From positions 1 to 53,057 of the forward strand of contig JALJEE010002581.1 in NCBI GenBank assembly GCA_023231475.1: a stretch of DNA of 53,057 nt, given 5' to 3'. The position numbers and the translations under genes were made by a program. Below are positions 39,024-51,499 of this stretch, one piece after another (the first letter of the stretch is position 1; every line of letters begins with the position of its first letter). The notes below the pieces were generated by a model. That model was not told the DNA's origin and searched no databases. It saw only the letters and a program-made list of their open reading frames with translations. This DNA comes from Seison nebaliae. Its lineage: Eukaryota.

Positions 39024-41703
39024 GTCAATTGTTCCATTCAAACGAATCTTTCATAAAAAGAAGACGAAAACCTTTTAGATTTATTCGCTTAATGAAATCT
39101 TGTACGTCTCTCCTCTTTACACGTAAATGACACAATCGCCTTATTTATGAAATATCGATTGGTTTATATATGAAGTAAATCGATGGAATCTGCCAAAAGA
39201 TAGAATCATATGAAAGAAAATAAAGAAATTCTTTTAAATGGACGACGTCGCTAAACGGAAAGTTTTATTCATTCAATTCATTTCGTCTCCTGTGCGATAT
39301 CGTAGCAACTAGATTGACGTATTGTTTCCAAAATAAATAAATTGAAGAAAGAACCTATGATTATATACATTCTTCTCTCCAATAATATTATACAATCTTT
39401 TGCCTATCCATCCGAATTACTGGAAATCTTTTTAACAAATTTTTCGCCTTTCCAAACATCCAAAGAATAGAAAGGAATTGATAGAAGAAAAGAAAATAAG
39501 AAGGAAAATAGAAAAATTTTTAGGAAAAAAATCCTTTTAATCTCAAACCTTTTCCATCGTTCAGATTTCTAGTCAATGCAAATCATTTATGCAGTCAACT
39601 CTCCACATCGAACCCTCATGAAATTTGAAAGATTTCTTCACTTATCTTAAAACTAATATTTAGTTAAATGTCAATAAGATGTCATGAAAACTCTTTCCAT
39701 CAAAACTCAACTTACACACATCAACATTCGCACACTGCTTCTCACTCCGCACCCATATTCCATCAATCTCACTCTACCATCAATGGAGAGTAAGCGCATA
39801 CTCAAAAAACCTCTTTCACTTAAACTAACGTAACTCATTTCTGATATTTATCCCGACTGCCCTCCCAATAATTCGTTAACTTACTTACTGATTCATTCAC
39901 TAACTAACTTGTTTCAGATAAATATTTACTAATTTTTTTTCGACCATTTGATAAATAAGTTCACCTATCGATTTTCTGTGCTCCTCATTCTCCTCCCACC
40001 ATCCCTCCACCTAACACACACTTAACTCCAATTGGCAATTCAGTTCTTTTTCAACACTCTCCTCGTTTATCATTCGATTGATAGAAGGAGAGACGGAAGA
40101 ATAAAATTAAACGATTGCTATTATTTTTCCTCAATCAGCTTCCAATTGCTGGTGAACGGAAATATTGAAGTGAATGGACGAACGACTCGATGGAACTATT
40201 TGTATCGATTAACGAGATTGCTCTTCATTTTAACGTTAATTGACTAACTAATCTTAATTACCAACTAATAATAGTTGAGAGAAGAATTTAAGTCTCTTGA
40301 AAATTGTTTAATGAGTAATTTGGTGCAGAAAGGAAATTTGTTAATGATTCTTAAAGAAGAAATTTTAGAAATGAAAAGAAGGAGAAGAAGAATGAAGAAG
40401 AAACTTTTCACAGATTGTTAATTAATCGATAAATCTCCAAATGAGCTGCAGTCAATATAAATATAGAAGATGGATATCGATCCATTATTCTATTGACATA
40501 CAAATATTTGAGAGTTTTTAATTTTATTAAAATGAATTAAGCATAAAGGAAAGTCGAGAAATTTGCTTTTATCATTTCCGACCTATCGATTATCATCTAT
40601 ACATGTTTGTCACATGAATTATGTAATGCATCAATAAAAATGTCTATTACACAACACGGACATCTCTTCTCGTACAACCGGACGACTTTTGTTGCCACTT
40701 CATCACAACCAATTCCTCTCCATACACAATCTGGGAAATATGTAATTTCTCATTCGAACGATGTCAGTTCTAAATTCGCCTTTTACCTTCCTCCTACTAT
40801 TCTCCTTCTAATTTTCTTCTCGGTTACTATTAGCAACTAACTAATCATATCGTTCATTTACACTTCTACAATCATAATGTCATTTACAAATTCCTCTTTA
40901 ATGATTAATGATGATTCCATCACAATCATCAACATCATCATCATCATCGCCGTCACTATCATCACAACAATATCCAGATGAGAGAAGTGTTCAATGGTAA
41001 ATTTTATTTTTAATTTGTTTAATGTATGAGAATTGTCATAAACATGATGAGAATAGAATGATTATGACTAACACAGAAAGAAAATATTTTATGAATGATA
41101 AAAATCGTTGTTATGGTTTTTTTTTGTTGGTGGTGGTCGTAGTGGTGGTGGTTGTGATATTACTGGTGTGCGCAAACGTTGTATAGTAGATAATAATAAA
41201 AAATAGACAATTGATTGAAATGGATGAGAATAAAATATTTCGTTTTCGCTAACGATAGAGAAGAATATAAAGGAAATTTCTAAAAAATTTTGTTATCGAT
41301 GTAATTTCTTACCGTTTTTCTGAATTTTTTCGAGTGAGGGTTTTTTTGGTTCATATAGTTTACATGTAGAAATGATATGGCGATAGATTATGTTTTCAGC
41401 AGATCATCGCAACTTCAAAAAATAAGACAGATAGAAAATTGGGAAATTACACAATAAACGGTCATATGTCTTACCAAAAGAAGAGAATGAGAAGTATCGG
41501 AAGATAAACAAAAAGGAAAGAAAAAAAATTTTCAGAGATACAAAGAGGCAAAAAGTGATGGAAAATTTTTTGAAAAATTCGCGTCTAATATAAAAAGAAT
41601 CGAATGAGATTATTTTTAATTTGAATATGTTTCTCCTCGTCCAAACCGTTCGAATTTTACGTTCTTGTATTATTCAAAGGAGAATTGTCGGAGATTTCGA
41701 TGT

Positions 41704-42644
41704 TTACTTGAGATTGCGACGATTCTGCAAATGTCTCTTACTCTTCTTTCCTTCGTTCGTTGATGATTGTCGTTTACGATTCTCCCGTCGGCGAATTCGC
41801 AAAGTTACACTCTCTTCCCAAACTTTCCTCTCCATTGTGTCATATAATTGCAAATTATCAATGTCAGTTATATCATCGACGGTTTTTGATCGGGAGAAAT
41901 TGTTGTGATTTCCTGACTGACATAAATTCGTCCATTCGAATGAATTGGAAGAAGTAAGTGGCAAATTGTTTTGGGAGGAATTGAGAGAAAAATAAGATTT
42001 CTTTAGTTCATTCAGTCGATCTTTATTCTTCCAACAATTCACTTCCGATAATGGTCGTTTTTCAGGCGATTTCTCTTCTACTATTATCGATTGTTCTTTT
42101 CGATTTTGAACAGTATTCTCGTCCCAATCAATAAATCCTTCCGTTTCGTTCTCCACACATTGGAATTTCAGTTGTCGATTACGATCATTCTTCAACTGTT
42201 TCTTCTTTTGTTGTTGTCTTCGTTGATTTCCTTTCACGATCTTCTCTACCATCTGCTTTCTTAAACATTTGTTTGCTCGTCTCGTTTTCCGTTCCTTCTT
42301 CAACATTTCCTGATATTCGTTGGAGAGAATAGTCTTCGCTTCCTTCTTCGACTTATTCTTCTTCTGATTCTTATTCGATTGTATGACTACGGGATGAACT
42401 GATGTCGGTTCTATGGAAACGTATGGTCTCAATGACGGATATTGATTCGAATGAATTTGATGGATGAGTGAGAGACGATCAAATGTCTTCTCACCGCTCA
42501 AGATACATCCCAATTCTTCAATCATCTGATTATCTCTCATTAATTCCATTTGTTTCCTCTTCAATTTCACTTCCTCCGGCAAATTCGATGATGCTGTCGA
42601 TTCTTCATATTCTCCACACTCCTCATACACTGTCGACATTTCAA

Positions 42645-42681
<37 letters not shown>

Positions 42682-43155
42682 GTTGTTGTTGTTGTTGTTA
42701 TCGGGAGTAGTTCTTTTCGATTTTTTCTGTCGATTACGACGACGTCGACGATGAGAGATTTGTTGGAAACATGGTGGTGGAGTGACCAACCATGGATCTT
42801 CAATCTTCCCCGAATTATGAGTCAAATTAGCTCGTTGCATAACGGCCGTACCACCTGGAGTACTTGGACATGATGTAGCTTCAGATGAATACATTGTTTG
42901 AATTTCAGTCATCTCGTCATCTTCCACATCACCAGAATTCTCCTCATCCTCCACATTAATATGGATGGATGGAGATTGATGGTTGAAATGTTGAATAAAT
43001 TGATTAATTGCATCTTTCTTTTCTGGTGATGATTCGATGAGTATCCAATCGGCACATTTCTTAATACTCTCTTCCATTTTGTTAAGTTTGAGTTCGGTCT
43101 GATTTTCACTGTCGTTTGATTGTCCGAATAAATATGAGGTAATGCCTTTGAACAT
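41704..43155 (-). CDS. TP53INP1/2 (DOR) family autophagy regulator
   Basis: Start MFKGITSYLFG, LIR-type DWILIE, DOR signature EDPWLVTPPPCF, and DNQMIE. The upstream part of the listed ORF looks non-coding. Confidence 0.82.
42645..42700. repeat. Coding (TAT)n(TGT)n repeat encoding poly-Asn
   Basis: Reads as a run of about 19 Asn in the TP53INP frame. Confidence 0.9.
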
Positions 43156-45815
43156 GTCTGGTTGGTAGTTGGTAGATGAGTTGTGGGTGTTTTGATCGAA
43201 ATATAAAAATAAAATTTGATTTAATTGGAAAAAAAAATAAAATAAAATATAATATATAATAAAATCTGCAAGAAGGGGAGAATTGAAGAGACAATTAATT
43301 GTTGATACTGATAAGTTGTTTTGGGAGTCCAATGGAAGGGGAGAAGATAGTTTAAGGAGGAGAAGGAGAAAGGGGATGAGTGAGAGGGAAGAGAGAAATG
43401 AAAGGGAAGAATAAAATGTTGTTTTATTGGAAATTGATTGTGACCCACCAGTTTTATATGGAGAATTCAGTTTAAATGGTGATGGTTAATTTCTGAGGAT
43501 GGAGAAGAGAAATAATAATGAGATATAAACACTCCTCTAATAGGAATGTGTATGTTATGATGATTAGGTAACTATTATCATATTAATGATCAACAATAGA
43601 AAGGAACACCTAGTCAGTCATAAACGTGTCTACTTCGAAATCGAATGATTCTATTTTCGAAAATTTTAATAAGCAAATTTATTTCTGATAATGTTGAGAC
43701 GATTAATTCATCTCTCTATAAATGAATAATGATCACGATGATGTTGATGAAAACTAATACACATTCGAACAATCCGTACAAAATGACGTTACATAATACA
43801 TGAAGTTTCGTTATGGAGTTTGGGAGTGGGATGTATAAAGGGAGAATAGGAGAGGGGGAGATGTATGGAGATGATACATCCTTTACATTCCCATAAAAAC
43901 ATTCCTCTCCCATAAGAAATCTCACGTCGTTTATACGTGTTTCGCCGCTCCCCTTTTCTCTTCATCATCGATCATCAACTGAACATTTGCCAAATTGCTG
44001 TTTATTCTCATTCGAACAATTCTAATTAAACTCAGTCAGTCAGGTCAGTTCATCGTTGAAAAATGAAATGATTTGAGAGACAAGTCTTCCTGGAGTGAAC
44101 GACTTCACATTCAACTAATGTTTACCTAAAAGTTTATCGGAGTGGATTGAATGGGACTCTTATTAATACATCATTCGCAGAATAATCATTCAACTCTAAA
44201 TAGTCAACTCACTTCCTCTCTACAAATAGCATTTAGCGAACTAGCTTAGCTAACTCTCATGAATAGATACTTACCACGAATTATTCTTGAAGAATCATTC
44301 TCTTCAGATGAGAATTATAGTGTGCGGGAATTCTGTATCTGATTGGCCTCACATTCTTCTCTTCTTACCTTCACTCTAATCGATATCGATACACACATTT
44401 TGAGGAGAATTGCGGAAGAGACGATTGAATGGAATTCGTCGTAAATTCCATTCCATTCCATTTCTTCTATTCAACTCCGTTGCATGCCAAACTCCGCCAA
44501 TTCAATGATGCTCTTCCACATGATAATAATGAGATGATGAATATATTTACATGTCGGTGTATGTGTGAGTGTAGTAAGAGAATGGAAATGACGAAAAGAA
44601 GAAGAGAAATAGAAATATAGAAAACAAAATGAAAGAGAAGATTAAATTTTCTTGATGATATTACAGACGACAGCAACTATAAAAAATATTAAGGGAATAA
44701 ATAATAGAATGATATCGAAAAAGATGAAACATACTATGACAACACTAATAATAACAACAATATTTAAAAGACCAATAACACTAACAACAATAATATTATT
44801 TATATGTCTCTCTATTATATATATATCTCGCACAGAAACTTCTATTCTTCTTCTTTCCTCCAATTCACATATGATCGATCGTATATATCACTCGCTATAT
44901 GGGGTAAAGAAGAATGAACATGAAGAAAAGGGAATTTCTCATAGAAATTTACTATAATTAATACACTTATCGAATAATAAAGTCTCATCGCTCCTTGTTT
45001 AATCGACGAAACTTTCTCCTCTCTCTTCACCTCAAATGATGGCACTGATATGAATTATCATCATTCTCATATATATTATTCAACTGAATGAAAGACGTAT
45101 GTCTGATTGCATTAATTCACCAATATCTATCTCTCATTTCTTCCATTTCGCTCCCACTCTTATTGCCATTATGAAATCATTCTAATAATAATTTCCATCT
45201 GGATATGGAACGCAGACGATTAAACCGAATAATATTAGACAATCTTTCCACACATCATCTCTCTCTCCCTCGCTCTTCATTCTAATGGATGCCTCTTTCT
45301 CTGTCTTTCTCTCTTTTCCTCATGATCATATGTCAGAAAACTTCTGACAGGACAGAAATTTAATACAACACATCACATAACTGAAAGTTTGTTAGGAATA
45401 AGTAAACATTTTTATTCTAACCAAAAGAATTACTTTTCAACTATAAAATAACTATCTAAAGAAATTCAACGAGATCATTATTTCCCACAGACCATCTGTT
45501 CGATCGATTCTTCTTCTTTTTCATCCGTCCAATTCTATCAACATATGCATATATCGACTAACCATCACATGACAATACTCGTTCGTACTTGTTTGATCAT
45601 GTGTCGACAGGAAAGACGAAAACACATCAAAATAATCCACTTAGCCGCTACTACATTAAGAAATCCTTTCTCTTTCGTCCCATTACTCATTCAAATGACG
45701 CGTGATACTTCAGACAAATAATTCACCTTATTTCTTTCTAATTTCAATTGAACTTCAATCGAACTGATCATTATTTTCCATTACTGAAATTTAATTAGTT
45801 TGAGTAGAAAGAAAA

Positions 45816-45995
45816 GAGGGACAGACAATTCTGAAACTCGACAAATCGAAGACGTGCCAATTCGGAGACAAGACAATAGGTATTACACACACTATTAGTG
45901 TGTTTTAGGTATTAGGTATTAGGTAGTCTCCGAATTGCCGCATCTCCGAATTGGAACGTCTCCGAATTGTCGAGTATCCGAATTGTCTGTCGTTC
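45816..45995. mobile_element. 180-bp non-autonomous foldback MITE, possibly Mutator-like
   Basis: About 50-bp imperfect TIRs (gacagacaattctgaaactcgacaaatcgaagacgtgccaattcggagac versus the reverse complement of the right arm) built from ~15-bp CAATTCGGA modules. Flanks GAAAGAAAA (45807-45815) and GAAAGAAAG (45996-46004) form a candidate 9-bp TSD. Confidence 0.75.
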
Positions 45996-47949
45996 GAAAG
46001 AAAGAGGATGGTCGATTCCTTAGTAACTTTACAAAAAACAAACTGTTTGCCAAGGACGTACTTTTCCAAATTGTTGAAAATGAAAATAAATAAAAGTTGA
46101 AACTTTAAATGAAATTCAATTAAAAATTCCAGACATTCTAGTCAATCCATTCTCCTTCTACTTTCGAATTCATGGAATCATCTCATGTAAACAATAAACA
46201 AGTAAACTCTTTTTCTAGTAATAATAAAACTGAACTTTGTATTGGAGAAAATTGTTGGAAAATATAATGAAGAAGTGAAATTATTATTTTCTACATGATA
46301 AAAAAAGAAATTACATGATATATAATTCGTAGGAAATAATTAAAAAATAAGTTTCACGAAATTAATAGTCTATTAGTAATAAAAAGTTTCAAACTAAAAT
46401 TGATCCGTTAAAGAAAAGACAAATTATCATGAAATTTTATATTCTATCCATGTTTCCTGATGTCAACACATTGGATTTCTAATGCAAATATCAATTCTAT
46501 TTATTCAATCGAAAATTATTAATTTTTGACGATACCAATGGAACTGGGAAAAAGTGAGACACTAATCGTCTATCATATTCATATGAAAAATGAAAGAAGT
46601 GTAAGAAATGGAATCACTTCCATTGAAGGAACAAACGATTTTCCATTTACCGAATTCACTTGACACATTCATCAATCACCCAGCGAGATGGTTAATATCA
46701 AACATGTCGATACATGTAGTATTTTCGTGGATGTTGAGTGCCAACAAATTTCCCGTAAAACAATTCCATGAGGAATTTATTATAAATCCTTTTCTAACTA
46801 AACATGATTATCTTCAGAAATTTTAAGGTTTTTAGCGGAATAATGTCATTTTCCCTAATCCGTCCGAAAACTTGTGAGAAGCAGCGCGGAAATTGAAGTT
46901 GAAACCAAAAAATTTCCGATAATTAATATTTAAAGGTAAGAATTCACAAGCAGAAAACAATTCTGTTATTCCGAACAAATTGTTTTGGAGAAGAATAATT
47001 TGTATATAGAAAGAAAATAATGAAGAAAATAGTAATTTTCGTATGAACTTTCTTATGAGAAGAGTAGATCGTCTAATAAGGAATTTAGATATGAGAAATA
47101 CTTAAAAGACTGAAGACTGGCCTATCGATTTTGCGAAGAAAGATTCGATGGGATTAAATCTGAATATAAAGGAGAAAAAGAGACTATCGATGAGCATGGA
47201 TGAATTGAAGAAATGAACTTAATTCTTCAAATATATTTTATCAAATTTCTCCTTCAGTCTCTCCTAACATCATCAAATAGATATTCCATTTAATGATATG
47301 TGAATGATGGATGCAAATGATGAACAAGTTTATAAGAAAAGAAGGAATATTCATCTTCATTTACAGCTCAATATGCTCACAACATAGATTATCCCTCTGT
47401 GTACATTTGTAGAAAAAGATGATGACGTAAAGTGATGTCGAAACTTTATAGGAGGAAAAGCTTCACCTCTTCGAACATATTGCGGAAGGAAAGTTTGCTA
47501 TACCTCCTGTCTGTTTCAGAAAGGAAAGATGTGTTTCTCTGTATGGTCGTCTTGTTCAACTTCGCCTTCCCATAGAGCCATCTCTAACTCTACTGCCTCT
47601 CTTCCAATGTGGTAAACGATAAAGAGTAAAAAATATAGTCGATAATTAATAGCAAATTTTTCAGTCAAGTTTTTTTTTCCGAGGAAAAATCGATTGAGAA
47701 AAGAAAGAATCGATTTGTTTAGACTAACTTCAAAACTTCCTTTCAATAACCATGTGCTATATAGAAATTTATTAGTTTCAGAAAACTACTCTGATTCTTA
47801 TCAGAAACAGTACCCATCAATTTAAAATTATTCTCATCTCAAACCATTTCATGTCGACTGCCCCAAAGCTACTATTGGTAATAACGGACTAGTTGACGAG
47901 TTTATTTATAATCAATTTGGGAGAAAGCGGAAGAGACAGAAAGAATCAA

Positions 47950-49736
47950 ATGAATTTGAAAGGAAATTTGCATGATTGGCAACATCAAATATACATATTC
48001 TTGGAGAAGCCGATCGGCTGGAAATGTTTCATCTATCATTTGACCGTGTTTCATTTTCTTTCTGTAAAACATTAAAAACAACTTTTTCTAATTACGTCAA
48101 TAAAAGATTTCTTGCTGTGCTCGGTTGTTTCATTCTTAGCGTTCTTTCCACTGTCGAGAAATATGTAATTATTACAGCGAACTATTTGTTCTTCGCGGTT
48201 AGCTATCAATCCATTCTAACGATTATCTCTTAATTATCATTCAATGAAAAGGAATTATTTATTGCTTTCTTCTTTACCATCGAATTCGCTATTCGAATAT
48301 GGTCCGTTGGTTCCCAATCGAAATATCGAAAATGGAAAGGTCGACTACAATTTCTGAAGAAACCAATTTGTATATTAGGTTCCCACTCACCGTTATACGT
48401 TTGCAAATTAATTACTTTATTCTCTAAAGATATCTTCATCGTATCAGCATCGATTATCGTGCTGATAAGTAATAATTCGAGAATCTTTGCCGCTTCGGCT
48501 ATCAGAGGAATTCGATTCCTCCAAATACTTCGAATGTTGCACGTCGATCGTCAAGGAAATACTTGGCAATTATTGGCGTCAGTTGTCTATGCTCATCGTC
48601 AAGAACTAATTGCCAGTATCTATATCGGATTCCTTATTATGGTCACCACTTCCTACTTTGTGTATATGGCGGAAAAAGATATCATAATTAAAGATCGTTT
48701 CTCCGGAGAGAACTATCGACCATTTCAATCATATGCCGATGCTCTTTGGTGGGGTGTCGTCACTATGTCCACAATTGGCTACGGTGATAAAGTTCCTCAA
48801 ACTTGGACTGGTCGAATCTTTTGTTCATGTTTCGCCGTTTTCGCCATTTCCTTTTTCACACTACCTGCTGATATTTTGGGAAGTGGTTTCGCATTAAAAG
48901 TTCAACAAAAACTTCGACAAAAACAATATGGTCGTCAAATACCTACCGCCGTCTTACTAATACAAGCTTCTTGGAGATTTTACGCTGTTACTTCGACGAA
49001 AATTTCGAATGATGATGAGTCGCTGGAGAAGAAAACGCCCGTTTTTGATCCAAAATATGTGGGAACTTGGCGAACATTCACTTCTAGTGAGAAAATACCT
49101 TCGAAAGAAATCAGTAGAAATAATCGTCGACTCTCTAACATTCTCCTCTTGACCGAACAGCAACGAATGGCTATTCGAGTTATATTGAGAATTAAATATT
49201 TTGTAGCGAGACGTCGTTTCTCTATGTCGAGGAAACCGTATGAAATGTCTGATGTAATCGATCAATATTCTATCGGACAAATCGATTCAATGAGTCGACT
49301 GAGAACATTGTCAAGACGTTTAACCGATTTTGTGGGGAAATTAGAAATATCAAATTTAATGTCGAATGATACGAACAAATTGATTAAATGGGAAACGGCA
49401 GTTGAAGAGAAATTGAAAGAAACAGACGAATTATTGAAAGAAATCGAACAAAACGGTTTTTTATCAACAACTCAATTATGGCAAAATAGTAATAAACAGG
49501 ATAATCATACTGATGATAATAATTGTTTAACGACAATATATTGCAAATCCAAATTACAAAGACATTCGATCTTATCTCAAAAATCTTCCAAATCCATCAT
49601 GAGTCGGATTGCTTACGCTGAGAAATATTTGAATGAAATTGATAAAAAAGTTGATTATACATTGGAGAAAATAAAAGATATCAATTGGTCTGCTATCATT
49701 CATGAAAATGATGAAACTGATGAAGATTTCGAATGA
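47950..49736 (+). CDS. KCNQ1: Voltage-gated K+ channel Kv7, KCNQ1-type
   Basis: Q..IY.FLEKP.GWKCF.YH, SAIRGIRFLQILRMLHVDRQG, SYADALWWGVVT..TIGYGDKVPQTW, ILGSGFALKVQQK, IQ..WR, RKPY...DVIDQYS. Introns 48048-48106, 48198-48251, 48379-48429. The start codon is uncertain. Confidence 0.95.
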
Positions 49737-51499
49737 AAATCTGAGAACCGAATTAATTGTATATAACTGAAATTCTTCCATTATTTTCTTCTCTAATTCA
49801 ATTAACAAATTAGAAGTAGAAAAGAATTAACAGTTCTTCCTCTTCCATCACACCATGAAGTGTTTACAACACTCTAATTATTTGAAGAACGATTAGCACA
49901 TAATCGATGTCCACTAATTATATCGATGTCGATTGAAATGACTGATAGTTCTTCTCTCAAACAATATATGGTTCTTATTTACCCCTATTTTCTCAATTCT
50001 TCACATCCATTCTCATTAAACTTCTTCAATCGGGTGACATTTCTACTAATTAGTTACTTCAATAACATTAAACTTTCGCAGTATCGATTGCAAACAGCAA
50101 ACAAGAACTTTCATTAAGGAGAACGTACACCTGAGTAGAACAGCAGTAAAATTGAATTTAGAATTTTTGGAAATATTTTTTAACTTGAAAAAAACTTTAA
50201 AAAACGGAAAGAAATTATGAATTATTTTAAAAATTTTTTTAAAAAATTAAACGAAAAATTTTTGGAGAAGTACGAACGTAATTATCCAGAAATTGTAAAA
50301 AATTTATGAAAATTTTGTCCTAGTAAGATAAATTCTATTACATTACATAAGGAAAAAGAGCTTAATGTATAAATTATTACCTGATCAAGATAAATCCTAT
50401 TTCTTTCTATAGGGAAAAGGTAATTTAAGAGAAAAAAAGTGGGAAATACGTTCCGTTTTATCAATTTTGGGAAGAAAAGAGAAACTTCCATTTACCGGAA
50501 TGAACTACTACAGCTGTTATGAGAAATGAGTTAAGAGAAGCTATGATTATAATATGATATGAGAATTCAAAAATAATAATTTGATATTTACCGTTGATGA
50601 AATTATTGAAAATTTTCTCCTTCAAATTATACACTTATAAATAGAAATATCCTTCTCCAATCATCCCTAACTTGATAAAAATTCGTTACTATTAATAAAA
50701 AGAAGTAGATTGTAAGGAAAGTGTAAAAACTTTTCATTTTATACTATTCACATATACGTAATATCAATGAAACATTATGAAATCATTACAAATAATATTT
50801 TTCTTATCCTTTCTACTTGTGTGGAAATGGAGAAGAATTTAATTGGAATTAAAATTATTCAAGATTTGAAATAATAAATGGTATATTAATATTATTGTAA
50901 GAAGATATCCTCGAAGTTTCACTTTCCAAAGAAACTATGAAAAAAGGAACCGATTCCGGATTTTTTAAATCTCATCTGATAATGAAGAGAGGTGCTTACA
51001 AGGGAAGTATCCGATATGCAGGAAACGAAATTAAAATTAAAAATAAATAGGATATGTAAAAAACAATGCTTATTAGGATACCATTTTTATTTTCTGCCAT
51101 TTTTTTCTATTAGTGCCTAAAATGGTGCAAAGCTCGTGTAGTTACTGTAAATACAGTAATGACGGTATATTGCATTTTTATGTAAAATTAATTAATGTTT
51201 TTTTAATTTTTTTTATGTAAAAATGCTATGTTTATTATCATAAAAATAATTAAGAAACATTAGGAATAATATTCAAGTCATATTCATCTTCATTGGTAAA
51301 GAATTAATGCTGGGGAAACGAACCCCGAAAGCAAGAAACGAAAGCATTTCTAATTTTATTCAAATTAGCTTCGTTAATTAATTGTTTATCCACTAATTCT
51401 TTAAAATTGGAACAAATGTTTTCGTCCGCTGGTAATATAGCCACGCCGAAAAGCATTTCATTGACGATTTAGAATTTGTCAACATTAACCTTTCTCCAT

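Noticed and set aside
44267..44275. ATACTTACC, resembling the U1 snRNA 5' end
   Set aside because: The downstream sequence lacks U1 stem-loops and an Sm site. It is more simply a minus-strand GGTAAGTAT donor, possibly of a TP53INP 5'-UTR intron.
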